A stretch of 64,000 nucleotides of DNA from a virus. A program made the position numbers and the translations under genes. The notes below the pieces were generated by a model that was not told where the DNA came from, did no database searches, and saw only the letters and a program-made list of their open reading frames with translations. Location: IMG/VR virus record IMGVR_UViG_3300037461_001787, positions 32,001 through 96,000 of that record, one strand, 5' to 3'. Position 1 is the first letter of the stretch, and each line of letters begins with the position of its first letter. Below, piece after piece: positions 18,768-28,372 of this stretch.

Positions 18768-19267
18768 GCAAGGTCTGGATCGTATTTGAGCGCGATAGAG
18801 GATTTTCTGCTTGGCTGATTCGAGCGGTCATGGGGTTCGAGTATAACCATTGCGCCATCCTCTATGAGTCAGATGATTGGGAGAGTCTATGGGTCGCAGA
18901 AGCCACCACGCGCGGGGTGCGCGCGGTGCCGCAAAAGAAGCGGATTTGGCGCCAACGATTCCGAGTTGAAGACCCGAAAATCTGGGAAGCAATGCGGGCT
19001 GAGGCTATTCATTTTGGCGAAAAATACGATTACGTGGGATTGGTCGTGTTTGGGTTGCTCATTCTTTTCTGGAAAATGTGCAAGAAGAAATTACGCCATC
19101 CATTGCGATCTTTTTCTGGCCTGTTTTGCTCGGAATACTTGGCCATGGTCTTGAAGCAGTTGGGATGCGCTGTTGAGGATCCGCAGTATGCGGATGTTCG
19201 CGCCATCTGGAATTTGTGCGTTCAGAATCCGACACAATTTGTCGAAGAGCCGATAACGATCACCTGA
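18764..19267 (+). CDS. Permuted papain-like NlpC/P60 enzyme (YiiX/YaeF-like)
   Basis: His-before-Cys order: YNHCAI..EA..GV..GEKYDY..LFCSEY; GTG start overlaps the upstream TGA. Confidence 0.8.
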   Translation: MSKVWIVFERDRGFSAWLIRAVMGFEYNHCAILYESDDWESLWVAEATTRGVRAVPQKKRIWRQRFRVEDPKIWEAMRAEAIHFGEKYDYVGLVVFGLLILFWKMCKKKLRHPLRSFSGLFCSEYLAMVLKQLGCAVEDPQYADVRAIWNLCVQNPTQFVEEPITIT

Positions 19268-19280
19268 ATAGGAGGTAGCT

Positions 19281-19685
19281 TTGCGGGTACTCATCGCCGA
19301 CCATGACGTTGAGGCCAAGCAGCGTTACCGCGCATATTTGGAGCAGCATCATTTCGAAATTCTGGAAGCTGGAACGGTCGAAGGCGCCTTGGAGCATCTG
19401 GTCAATTTTCAGGTGGATTTGTTGCTGGTGGATTTGGGACTGGCGCGAGAAAATCAATGGCAGTTGATCGATTATATTCGCAAGGATCTACATCATGGGC
19501 CGATCGATTTGCCGATCATTATTCTGAGCAAGATAGAAGGTGTGGATTTGCAGCTCGACTACATGCGCCATGGGGTCAATGACTGGCTAGGCGAACCGAT
19601 CCAGCCCCTGGCTCGCCTGCTCGCGCGCATCTGGATTCTACTGGGGGAGAAAGGGAAAGCCGATGCAGCAATCGATCAGCCTTGA
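19281..19685 (+). CDS. Stand-alone CheY-like receiver domain, atypical
   Basis: RVLIADHD..VDLLLVDL..LPIIILS..GVNDWLGEP; AGGAGG RBS with TTG start. Confidence 0.85.
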   Translation: MRVLIADHDVEAKQRYRAYLEQHHFEILEAGTVEGALEHLVNFQVDLLLVDLGLARENQWQLIDYIRKDLHHGPIDLPIIILSKIEGVDLQLDYMRHGVNDWLGEPIQPLARLLARIWILLGEKGKADAAIDQP

Positions 19686-20127
19686 GGTGGTGTTGGCGAT
19701 TGCGGGCGGCGTAGTTACGCTGATTTCTTCTATCGTGGGATTTTTGATGCGCTCGCTCCTCCAGACCCATCGAGAAAAAACCGAGCAGAAGTACATGGAG
19801 CTTGGCAACGTGATTTCTGGCCTCATCATTCAGCGCAAAGAATGTGAAGAACGTGAATTGCGGGCGGTTTCGCGACTGGATGAGACCATGGAGAAATTGC
19901 GGGATCGATGGGAGCAATTTGTGCGCGAAGATACAGCCATGGAATCAACGCGGGGGCGTAAAGTGGATGCGCTTTTCAACGTTGTCGATCACATTCGCGA
20001 AGAGATGCGTCAGTTGCGACCGGCATTGCTGCAGCGCTTGGAAGATCTGCACACCCGCAGCAAACTGGATCTGCGCCAGGAGCTACGCGACTATGTGCGA
20101 GAATTGTGCGAAAAAAACGATGCTTGA
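19663..20127 (+). CDS. Single-TM coiled-coil membrane protein (holin/XhlA-like?)
   Basis: Hydrophobic aa 9-29 followed by a coiled coil. Confidence 0.55.
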   Translation: MQQSISLEVVLAIAGGVVTLISSIVGFLMRSLLQTHREKTEQKYMELGNVISGLIIQRKECEERELRAVSRLDETMEKLRDRWEQFVREDTAMESTRGRKVDALFNVVDHIREEMRQLRPALLQRLEDLHTRSKLDLRQELRDYVRELCEKNDA

Positions 20128-20314
20128 CGCGGAGATCGAGACATCGCGGTATAGTCCGCTGCGATTTCATGCCGAGACCTTTCGGCACATGGATGATTTG
20201 CATGGGCAGTTAGAAGATCTGCTAGGAGAGTTACAACGGCTACGCAGCAATGACGAAGGATTGGATCTAATTTGGTACGCTAAAACCATAGTGGACAATT
20301 CGAAATGGCACTAG
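20120..20314 (+). CDS. Small hypothetical protein
   Basis: ATG at 20120 fills the gap between overlapping neighbours. Confidence 0.45.
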   Translation: MLDAEIETSRYSPLRFHAETFRHMDDLHGQLEDLLGELQRLRSNDEGLDLIWYAKTIVDNSKWH

Positions 20315-20550
20315 TGATCACTCGCCGCACGGTTTACTGCCCACTCACCCCAGCCCCAGATGGGGTCACTCAGATTTTCTGGACAAGCGTGGAGTATATT
20401 TCTGGAACGGTATCGGTCTGGCGAAATGGGGTGCGTTTGGTAGCCAGCTGGGATACCGGATATGAGGAGCTGGGAAATCGCCAAGTGCGTTTCCGCGAGG
20501 CGCCTTTGATTGGGGATAGCTTGACTGCGAAGTTCGAGAGGAAACCATGA
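20305..20550 (+). CDS. Small virion protein (DG..F..V..NG..P..GD domain)
   Basis: PDGVTQIF..VWRNGVR..FREAPLIGDSL; paralog of the next gene. Confidence 0.6.
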   Translation: MALVITRRTVYCPLTPAPDGVTQIFWTSVEYISGTVSVWRNGVRLVASWDTGYEELGNRQVRFREAPLIGDSLTAKFERKP

Positions 20551-20987
20551 TCACGCTCAAGGAGACTGCCGGCGATACGCTGCTTGGGGCAGTCGATGGG
20601 GTCAACACGGAGTTTTACGTTTCTTTCGATTTTACTCCAGAAACGGTGCAGGTGTTCCTGAACGGGCGGCTGAAGATTCGCGATTGGGACGATGGATTTT
20701 TGGTGCAGGGTGCGCGCAAGGTGGTGATGAAGGAGCCCCCTCTCGCGGGAGATTCTCTGGAAATCGAGTACGCATCTACTGTGCGCACTGGAGGCGGCGC
20801 CGATGGGGGTTGCCCGAGCGCCCCGGAGGCCACTATCATGCAACCAGACACCCTCACGGGCGAGGACACCCCGGGGATGGGCAGTGCGGAATTAGGTTCC
20901 ATTTTGGCTGCCCAGTCCGAATCAGTGCCGGTGTTGGTGAATCTGTCGGAGCGACCGAGCTTGTTTGTCTCGGCGGTGGAGGATTAG
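20547..20987 (+). CDS. Virion protein with the same domain as upstream plus an acidic tail
   Basis: VDGVNTEF..VFLNGRL..MKEPPLAGDSL. Confidence 0.6.
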   Translation: MITLKETAGDTLLGAVDGVNTEFYVSFDFTPETVQVFLNGRLKIRDWDDGFLVQGARKVVMKEPPLAGDSLEIEYASTVRTGGGADGGCPSAPEATIMQPDTLTGEDTPGMGSAELGSILAAQSESVPVLVNLSERPSLFVSAVED

Positions 20988-22016
20988 ATGGCGGTCATCA
21001 CGCTAAAGATAGTCGTCGCAAATCTGGAAACAGTGCAGCGGACGTTCAACCAGATCAAAATCTATCGCTCCATCACTGGCATCGAGGGGGTTTACTCTGA
21101 GATCACGGGTCCCAGTTCGCGCATCGCGCTGGAGACGGGGAAGATGGTCTACGAGTATACCGATCAAGCTGGGGCTGCGGGCTATTACTACAAGTCGAGT
21201 TATTTTCATTCGGTCTCACTGCTGGAATCTTCGCTGTCTGCGGCGCAGCAGGGCGAAGGGGATTTCGCGCTGGACATCGTATCGGTCGCGGAGCTGAAAA
21301 CCAACTACCTCTATGGGCTCGATCTGACCGATGACCAGGGCAATGAAATGCCTGATTTGCTCTTCGAATGGTTCATAAAAAGCGCAGTGAGTTGGATGGA
21401 GCATAGGCTGCAAATTCCACTTCGCCCCAAACCAGTGACATCCGAATTACACGATTACTATGTGGAAGATTTTCGGCAGTATATTTGGATCAAAACTAAG
21501 GATTACCCAATCCTCGATGTCGATGAATTGCGCATCGTCATTCCTGGGGTTGGAGGGACTGTTTTGCAACAATTTGGGCGAGAAAATTTGCATGTCGAAA
21601 AAGAGGCGGGGCACGTTCAAGTGGTCCCAGGAACTACGGGAGCTGGGATGGTAATGATGGGCTCGGGAGTGCCTTGGGTACCCAATATGTTCGGGTCCCG
21701 CCGTTTTATTCCCGGAGCTTTTCAGATCGATTACACTGCAGGTTTTGAGAGTGGCGAGATCCCAATGGTTCTAAGAGATGCCATCGCCAAACAAGCTAGT
21801 TTTGGGCCATTAAATCCGCTGGGAGATTTGCTTGGCGGCGCAGGTATTGCGTCGCAGAATCTTTCGATTGATGGGCTTTCTCAAGGGTATACTACAACTT
21901 CATCTGCGACCATGGCTGGCTATGGCGCACGGCTTTTCCAGTATGAGAAAGAATTGAAGGCTGTCATTCCTACGTTGGAGAAATGGTACAAGGGATTGCG
22001 CATGGTGGTGGCATGA
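20988..22016 (+). CDS. Head completion / head-tail adaptor
   Basis: IKSAVSWMEHRL..IDYTAGF..IP..LSIDGLSQ adaptor pattern; position. Confidence 0.7.
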   Translation: MAVITLKIVVANLETVQRTFNQIKIYRSITGIEGVYSEITGPSSRIALETGKMVYEYTDQAGAAGYYYKSSYFHSVSLLESSLSAAQQGEGDFALDIVSVAELKTNYLYGLDLTDDQGNEMPDLLFEWFIKSAVSWMEHRLQIPLRPKPVTSELHDYYVEDFRQYIWIKTKDYPILDVDELRIVIPGVGGTVLQQFGRENLHVEKEAGHVQVVPGTTGAGMVMMGSGVPWVPNMFGSRRFIPGAFQIDYTAGFESGEIPMVLRDAIAKQASFGPLNPLGDLLGGAGIASQNLSIDGLSQGYTTTSSATMAGYGARLFQYEKELKAVIPTLEKWYKGLRMVVA

Positions 22017-22837
22017 CCATCCGGCCGACCAGACCAGTCTTTCCAGTTTCTGGAATTCCGTCGGGAATGAAAGAGACGATGAGCCGGGCGGATTTTTTGA
22101 CCGACTCTTTCGCTTTTTTGGTCGAGACCAAAGGGTATTTGCTGTCCTGGGAGCGGGCGAGTATTTGCCCCTGTCGGCCGGTGGTTCCTACCACGGAACA
22201 GCCGGATCCCAATTGCGCACTTTGTAAAGGAGCGGGCTGGCTTTATTTCGGGCTGGAGACGCCTATCACCGATTTTTCTGACATTGGTGATCTGGACGAA
22301 GTGCAGCAGAAGATCGTGCAGCAGAATAACGCCATGGTCATCCGCGGGGTGATTACCAGCATCCAAAACGACTACAATCCTTGGGATCGTTTTGGCAACT
22401 GGATGTCTGGATCGATGATGCTGACCGTGCGGCATGAAAACAAGATCGGCTATTACGATCGATTGACCATTCTGGATAGTTCGATTGTCTACGTAGAAGT
22501 TCGCGACGCTACCGGCGACAACACTCTCCCGCTACGCTATTTGGCGACGGGGGTGAACTACCTGCGTAGTTTTGATCGGGTGTACAAAGCGGATGTGGAT
22601 TTTGACATCGTGGAAGGGCACATCCGATTTTACGAGGGCAAGGCGCCATCGAGTGGAGAGCGGTTGTCGATCCATTATATTTGCCATCCGACGGTATTGG
22701 TGGTGGAGCACCCGCATGTGATTCGCCAGACCACAATCCAGAAAAAAGTTCAGAAACCGAAAACTGTGCGAGGGGACCCAGCGGGGATGCCGATTCAAGC
22801 CATGGTGCGCTATGATTTCATCCCGGAGCCGTCATGA
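22013..22837 (+). CDS. Neck protein (SPO1/Twort-like, CPC...CxxC)
   Basis: WERASICPC..PDPNCALCKGAGW..IGYYDRLT; ATGA overlap. Confidence 0.75.
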   Translation: MTIRPTRPVFPVSGIPSGMKETMSRADFLTDSFAFLVETKGYLLSWERASICPCRPVVPTTEQPDPNCALCKGAGWLYFGLETPITDFSDIGDLDEVQQKIVQQNNAMVIRGVITSIQNDYNPWDRFGNWMSGSMMLTVRHENKIGYYDRLTILDSSIVYVEVRDATGDNTLPLRYLATGVNYLRSFDRVYKADVDFDIVEGHIRFYEGKAPSSGERLSIHYICHPTVLVVEHPHVIRQTTIQKKVQKPKTVRGDPAGMPIQAMVRYDFIPEPS

Positions 22838-23673
22838 GCGTAAAGGTGCAAATGGTACAAGCGCTCATCCCGCCGGAATTGGTTGCGGGGTTGAGCAAAG
22901 GCGCGATCAACACGGTGCTGGGCGATATTGCGGCTGGGGCGCGAGCGGAGTGGGTGCGCCTCGGCTCTGAAATCAATTCGAGCTTTCGCAACGACTATAT
23001 CCGCGGCATCCAACCGGTGCAGATGATGGAGGGCGTAGCAGTAGTGGCGCTGGTCGGAGCCGTTCCGCATATGCTGGAAGACGGGGCCCCAAAGACTGAT
23101 TTGCGCGATACGTTGCTTGGCCCAAATGTTCCGATCGTGCCAGTTGGCGAGCGCGGCAAACATCAGAGCAAGCCAAAGGGCAAAAACGAAGAGGGCGGCC
23201 CTTACTTTTATCGGGCTATTCCGTTGCGGCATTCCACCCCAGGCACGACCAAGCAAATCGGCCAGCCAATGGGCTCTCCCTACGCCGGGCATGACGCGGT
23301 TGTGAATTCGAAAAAACTCGGCAAAACTGTCTATGCAGCGGCGAAGAAGCTCGCGCCTACTACGGGAATGCCGTATGGGGGCACAAGCTGGGGGGAAAAG
23401 CTCAATACGAGCGATTTTGGGATTCCGCTTCTGAAGCCCCACCACAAGAGCGATATCTACTCCGGCATGTACCGGATGCAGAAAACCTATGAAGCGGCTA
23501 CTCAAAATTACTACATGACTTTCCGCACCATTTCGACCCGCCCGCATCATCGGGATAGTTGGATTCGCAAGCCCTTCCCCGCGCGGCATTTGGCCAAACA
23601 AGTGGCGGCTTACGTCCAGAAAATCGCGCCAGCGGCTTTCCAGGCATACTATCAGGAGCAAGGCATCAAATGA
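22834..23673 (+). CDS. Neck/tail completion protein
   Basis: MLEDG..D..IPLRH..Y.GM...YMTFRTIS..SWI pattern seen in Herelleviridae-like neck proteins. Confidence 0.65.
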   Translation: MSVKVQMVQALIPPELVAGLSKGAINTVLGDIAAGARAEWVRLGSEINSSFRNDYIRGIQPVQMMEGVAVVALVGAVPHMLEDGAPKTDLRDTLLGPNVPIVPVGERGKHQSKPKGKNEEGGPYFYRAIPLRHSTPGTTKQIGQPMGSPYAGHDAVVNSKKLGKTVYAAAKKLAPTTGMPYGGTSWGEKLNTSDFGIPLLKPHHKSDIYSGMYRMQKTYEAATQNYYMTFRTISTRPHHRDSWIRKPFPARHLAKQVAAYVQKIAPAAFQAYYQEQGIK

Positions 23674-24362
23674 TCCAGCGTTATCTATACGATTTGCTCA
23701 AAGAAGGTTTTGACAAGATTACTCAAGATCCGCTTTTGATCGAAGACATCTTTCTGGACAATTTTGGATTGGCGGAATCTGAGGTCAGGGCGATCAAGAC
23801 CTTTTACGCTGCGCACCCGGTGTACATTGTCAACGGCTACGCCCGTCAGGACAATAGGTATCCTGTGATCGCCATCACCTTGGGGTCCGAAGGAGAAGCG
23901 GAGACTGTTTTGGGCGACGACGCTGGAATGATCGATGATCCAGACGATCATTTGTACCAATGCGATGTCACCTCGGCACTTTGGAAACATACCTACTTTC
24001 TAACGGTGATCTCTGAGCATCCAGACGTGACAGCCTACTACTACGAGATGGCCAAACCCATCTTGCTGGCTGGTCTGGAATGGTTGACCACCAAAGGGCT
24101 TTCAGACTTCAGCCTGTCAGGGGAAGAATTGTTGTTAGAACCAACGTACATGCCGGAGCATTTGTTCCTGCGGCGGCTCATCTTTACGGCTCAGCGCGAG
24201 TTGTGGCAACCGGATCGGAAATCGCGGTTGCTCAAGGCGTTCAAGGTGGGGGGCATTGCGGTTGACAAATCCGGGAGCCCGAGTGATGTTGGTGGGGTCA
24301 ATACCAACGTAATTCCCTATCTTGACGACGGAGATGAGTCTGATGCCGGAGACCAAAGTTGA
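23670..24362 (+). CDS. Tail terminator-like protein
   Basis: ATGA overlap; YPVIAITLGSE; lies before the sheath. Confidence 0.6.
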   Translation: MIQRYLYDLLKEGFDKITQDPLLIEDIFLDNFGLAESEVRAIKTFYAAHPVYIVNGYARQDNRYPVIAITLGSEGEAETVLGDDAGMIDDPDDHLYQCDVTSALWKHTYFLTVISEHPDVTAYYYEMAKPILLAGLEWLTTKGLSDFSLSGEELLLEPTYMPEHLFLRRLIFTAQRELWQPDRKSRLLKAFKVGGIAVDKSGSPSDVGGVNTNVIPYLDDGDESDAGDQS

Positions 24363-24609
24363 AATTTCAGATCTGAAAGTTCCTGCCGATTCGGTCGGAG
24401 AGTCTGTTGTTGTTCCTACCGCGCCTGAGACTGTTGCGCCGCTACCCCGAGCCGCTGTGAGCTTTGAGGTTTGGGCCCGGTTGTCGGGCAAGCGCTTCGA
24501 CCAATTGGCCGGATTCCGCAACCACGTCAAACGTGGGAAAATTGGCCCGCTGACCGTCTTGGGGTGGCGTGAAGCGTTCCAGAAATTCATGAGCACCCCC
24601 ACCAAATAA
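24334..24609 (+). CDS. Small pre-sheath protein
   Basis: Position; C-terminal LAGF..W..F pattern. Confidence 0.55.
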   Translation: MSLMPETKVEISDLKVPADSVGESVVVPTAPETVAPLPRAAVSFEVWARLSGKRFDQLAGFRNHVKRGKIGPLTVLGWREAFQKFMSTPTK

Positions 24610-24619
24610 GGAGCGCGCG

Positions 24620-26926
24620 ATGGCGACCAGCATTTTCTTCAACGGCAGGTTGATCAGCGTCCCGGGCAGCTACTCCCAGATCGATGCATCGGGATTAGAG
24701 TCGGTGGGCCTGGGCGCTTCTGGCATCATCGGTGTGATTGGCACGGCTGAAGGCGGGAAGCCTGCCTCGGCGATGACCGAGCCAAATGAATTCTTGCGGC
24801 TGACCAAACCGGAGAAAGGAAAGCAGTTGTTCCGCTCAGGTGATCTGCGCGAGGTGGCGGATATGCTGTTCGCACCTTCGAAGGATCCGGATATCCTGGC
24901 CGGCGCGCAAGAAGTGGTAGCCATGAAAGTGAACCCGGCTACCCAATCCGCAGCGACACTGATCAACAGCTACGGCGATTCGATCGCACTTTCATCGATC
25001 GACTACGGGGCTTTCACCGGGCAGATCAATGTGTCCATCGATGACGGCACAACGCAGGGCAAGCTCATTACCATCACGTTCGAGGATGTGGTTGAGGCCG
25101 GGGACGATATCGGCGGTAACGTATTTTGCAAATTGAAATACGTCAAGCCGACCAACGGCTGGGACACGATGACCTCGGAAGTGGAATCGAGCGGGGCCAT
25201 TGTGGCGAAGGCCACTCGCGCTCAGTTGGGGCTCGATGGCGACATCACCAGCCAGCTTTCCAGCGACACGCTGGTGGATATCGTCTCGGCATCTGCTGCC
25301 GACGTGGGGCTCTCGGCCATTGTCTATGGTCTCACTGCAGGTGGTGCGGCCCAGATCGAGACGCTGGTGCTCAATGGCACAACGGCGGTCAACGGTGCGC
25401 TGACCTTCAGCAAGGTGCTTGGCATCCGCATTATCGGCACCACGGTTGGCACGGTGACCCTGACCAAGCATACTGGTGGCGCGACGGTACTGACCGTCGC
25501 TGCCGGAGCAAACGCCACCAAGGGTTTGGGCAAGTTTGCCTCTGGCTACGTCGCCAATCTACCGGTGACCGCGGTTTCCAGTGGCGCCAGCACCAAACGG
25601 TTGCTGCTCATCGGATTGAGCACCTCCGGAGCGGTTCAGGTAGAAAAGCTGACGCTCACCGGCACCACTCCGGTGGTCGGCGCAGCAAACTTCTCCGAGC
25701 TGCAATATCTCGCGATGGGCGAGGTAGAAGCGGCGCAAACCATCACTCTTTCGGCCAATGCCGGACGAACTTCAATAGCGGTGCAATCGACGCTCCAGAA
25801 ATGCGCCGATTACTACAACGCCCGCTACGCCTCCAGCGCGGGATTTGTCTTTACGCTGGTCACGGGAAAGACGAGTTTTTCCCCCCAAAATCTGGACGTG
25901 ACCACAGGGGCTCAGGGGCCTGTGAGCTGTCTCTCCCCGGCAGAGCCCAGCTACTACGCGGACCTCTGGACTTGCATTGATTGGATCAACACGCATTCGC
26001 AATACGTCTCTGCGGCGAAGGCCTCTGGGGCCAAGGGTGGCGCTCCGGCGAACACCACCACTCCCACGTTCTTGGCTGGTGGTGGGGAAGGCACCACTCT
26101 CTTTTCGCATTGGCAAAACGCGCTGAACCTGCTCAAAAAGGTGCGCGTCAATTCCATCGTGGTATTGACCGGAGATCCGGCGGTGCATGCTGCGCTCGAT
26201 GCGCATTGCGCGTATATGTGCGGGATCGGGCGGAATGAACGCGACGGCTTCGTGGGTTTACTCAACGCGGGGCTCACGGACGTGGCAACCAAGACAGAAG
26301 CCAAAAGCCAAGCGGTGGATCTGAACACACGGCACATCCGCGCTTTCCCTCAGTCGATCGAGCGTTACAACACTGCAGGGGAGCGAGAAGATTTTCTTCC
26401 CTATTTTACCGCGGCGATTGCTGCGGGCATGCAAGCGGGCGCGCCTCCAGGCACGTCGCTGACGTTCAAGTACGCCAATGTCCTTGCGCTGCGCCAGGAC
26501 AGTAGCTGGAATCCAGTGGATGACGCTGAGGAGATGATCCAGGGCGGTCTTTGCTTTCTGGAAAACATCGAAGGCGTGGGCCGGCGGTTTGTGCGCAACG
26601 TGACAACCCACCTTTCTTCCGACAATCTTGCTTTCATCGAAGGGTCGGTGAATGCAGCGGTGAACTTCGCTTGCTTCAATTTTCGGACAAATATGGAGAT
26701 GGCGGTTGGCAAGCGCGGGTTTGCTGGCACCATCAATGCGGCCAAGGGAGTCGCGCTGAACGCGTTGGGGCTGTTGGTCGATTCCATCGTGTTGGTGGCT
26801 TGGCGGAGCTTGGGAATCGAATTGGCGGTTGATGTGCTCGATGTGGAAGTGGAGATAGCGCCCATCATCCCGGTCAATTTTGTCAAAAACACGATCCACC
26901 TGGTGACGATCCGCCAGACGACATAA
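24620..26926 (+). CDS. Contractile tail sheath protein with a duplicated insertion domain
   Basis: FNGR..PGSYS..IGTAEGG..LFRSGDL N-terminus; SLTFK..TT..EIAPIIPVNFV C-terminus. Confidence 0.92.
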   Translation: MATSIFFNGRLISVPGSYSQIDASGLESVGLGASGIIGVIGTAEGGKPASAMTEPNEFLRLTKPEKGKQLFRSGDLREVADMLFAPSKDPDILAGAQEVVAMKVNPATQSAATLINSYGDSIALSSIDYGAFTGQINVSIDDGTTQGKLITITFEDVVEAGDDIGGNVFCKLKYVKPTNGWDTMTSEVESSGAIVAKATRAQLGLDGDITSQLSSDTLVDIVSASAADVGLSAIVYGLTAGGAAQIETLVLNGTTAVNGALTFSKVLGIRIIGTTVGTVTLTKHTGGATVLTVAAGANATKGLGKFASGYVANLPVTAVSSGASTKRLLLIGLSTSGAVQVEKLTLTGTTPVVGAANFSELQYLAMGEVEAAQTITLSANAGRTSIAVQSTLQKCADYYNARYASSAGFVFTLVTGKTSFSPQNLDVTTGAQGPVSCLSPAEPSYYADLWTCIDWINTHSQYVSAAKASGAKGGAPANTTTPTFLAGGGEGTTLFSHWQNALNLLKKVRVNSIVVLTGDPAVHAALDAHCAYMCGIGRNERDGFVGLLNAGLTDVATKTEAKSQAVDLNTRHIRAFPQSIERYNTAGEREDFLPYFTAAIAAGMQAGAPPGTSLTFKYANVLALRQDSSWNPVDDAEEMIQGGLCFLENIEGVGRRFVRNVTTHLSSDNLAFIEGSVNAAVNFACFNFRTNMEMAVGKRGFAGTINAAKGVALNALGLLVDSIVLVAWRSLGIELAVDVLDVEVEIAPIIPVNFVKNTIHLVTIRQTT

Positions 26927-26936
26927 GGAGTGATTC

Positions 26937-27386
26937 ATGGCTGCCAAAGGAAATCTTTTCACCGGTGCAAGGGCTCGATTTCTGATTGAAGGTGTCAAAG
27001 TCGGCTACGCAACCAGTGTCGCCATCACCGAAGAGATCGAATATCAGCCAGTTGAAGTGCTCGACAACATCGAGGTGGAGGAACACGTCCCGGTGGCGTA
27101 TCGAGTGCGATTTTCCGCGCGGAAGTTTCGGATTGTTGGCGAGACGCTCAAAAGCAGGGGCTGGTTCCCTGCCACCGGAAAGAATACGGACGAGCACCTG
27201 GCGAACATCCTTGACGCGGGGGTGCTTTCGGCGCAGATTGAAGACACCAAGACAAGCAAAGTCATCAGCTACCTGGATCAGGTGAAGATCGCCAGCCACA
27301 ATTGGACGGTGGACGCTCGCGGGATTGTGGGCGAGGATGTAGAATTCGTCGCCATCAGGACCAAAGACGAAAGCGAGTTGGTCTGA
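26937..27386 (+). CDS. Tail tube protein
   Basis: FTGARA..VGYA..VEVLD..EHV; 149 aa directly after the sheath. Confidence 0.88.
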   Translation: MAAKGNLFTGARARFLIEGVKVGYATSVAITEEIEYQPVEVLDNIEVEEHVPVAYRVRFSARKFRIVGETLKSRGWFPATGKNTDEHLANILDAGVLSAQIEDTKTSKVISYLDQVKIASHNWTVDARGIVGEDVEFVAIRTKDESELV

Positions 27387-27419
27387 GACAGAATGCTCGG
27401 GCCTATAGTCTGAGCGAGT

Positions 27420-27468
27420 AAAGGGCCCTGGATGTCTCCCCCCCGCATCCGGCGGCCCTTTCTTTTTT
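27420..27468 (+). terminator. Intrinsic terminator after the tube gene
   Basis: AAAGGGCC-CTGGATG ... CATCCGG-C-GGCCCTTT followed by CTTTTTT. Confidence 0.75.
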
Positions 27469-27532
27469 GAGGGATTGCTCTCTCCCAGCGCATCTCGTAT
27501 TCTCAGCGCAGACCCCAGGAAGGAGAGCGAGC

Positions 27533-28060
27533 ATGGCTGATAAGATTGGAATCCCCCCAGGTACGTATGAGAAGTTGACCAAACCGGAGCATCTTCGTTC
27601 CATGATTCCAGAGGAGTTGGAAACCATCAAGGAGGCCATTGGCCGCAGAATGGAAAGCTTGGCAGAAGGCGTTCCAGAAAACGAAAAGGAAGCTGACAAT
27701 CCACGATTGCAACGCGAGTATACTTTTGATTTTCGCTGGAAGGATGGACGGGGCAAAGTCTGGACAGGGAGCTTTACCAACCGCGTGCTCAGTATCCGTG
27801 ATCGGCAGTTGATGGGGATCATGCGTTCCAATTTAGGCGCGGGAATATCTCCAACGAATCTTGATGGGCTCACCGCTGAAATCAATCTGATGGTAGCGCA
27901 TCTATCTTTCAGTTTGGTTTCTCGGCCCAAGTGGGCTGAGGATTTGCTCGCGCTCGATGATGTCCGGCTGCTGCAAGAGATCTACACGGAGGTGGTCTCG
28001 CACGAGTCTACCTTTCTCGGATATGCGAAAAGTTCGCTATCGAGCGGAGCGGGAAGTTGA
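27533..28060 (+). CDS. Tail assembly chaperone
   Basis: Between tube and tape measure; G.F..R..S..D...P.W pattern; AGGAGAGCGAGC leader. Confidence 0.7.
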   Translation: MADKIGIPPGTYEKLTKPEHLRSMIPEELETIKEAIGRRMESLAEGVPENEKEADNPRLQREYTFDFRWKDGRGKVWTGSFTNRVLSIRDRQLMGIMRSNLGAGISPTNLDGLTAEINLMVAHLSFSLVSRPKWAEDLLALDDVRLLQEIYTEVVSHESTFLGYAKSSLSSGAGS

Positions 28061-28370
28061 ATCGGGGCTGGCCGGACTAAAGCGCTGGTGGAGCGGGAAG
28101 TACAAGTTACCGCCCAATCATGCGCTATTTCTGGAACAGAGTGTGTCTGAGCTGAACCAGGAAATGATCGAGGATCTACTGACGCGCAAGCGCGAGATTC
28201 TTTCAGCGCTGGAAAACGACGAGTTGTCGATGAAAGAGCAGCAGGAGTTGAGCCGGCAGATGCGCGCGATATTGTCTGCGCTCGGCGACCCAGTTGAGAC
28301 GGAAGATGCGTTGGTTGATCAATGGGAGCGCGATCTGGAAGAAGGGCGCATACCTGATCTGGAGGCATAG
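28023..28370 (+). CDS. Second tail assembly chaperone
   Basis: WW..KYKLPPNH..F, directly before the tape measure. Confidence 0.65.
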   Translation: MRKVRYRAEREVESGLAGLKRWWSGKYKLPPNHALFLEQSVSELNQEMIEDLLTRKREILSALENDELSMKEQQELSRQMRAILSALGDPVETEDALVDQWERDLEEGRIPDLEA

Positions 28371-28372
28371 CG

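Noticed and set aside
27990-28060. Programmed -1 frameshift between the tail chaperones
   Set aside because: The second ORF is in the +1 frame, has its own ATG at 28023, and no XXXYYYZ slippery site is evident
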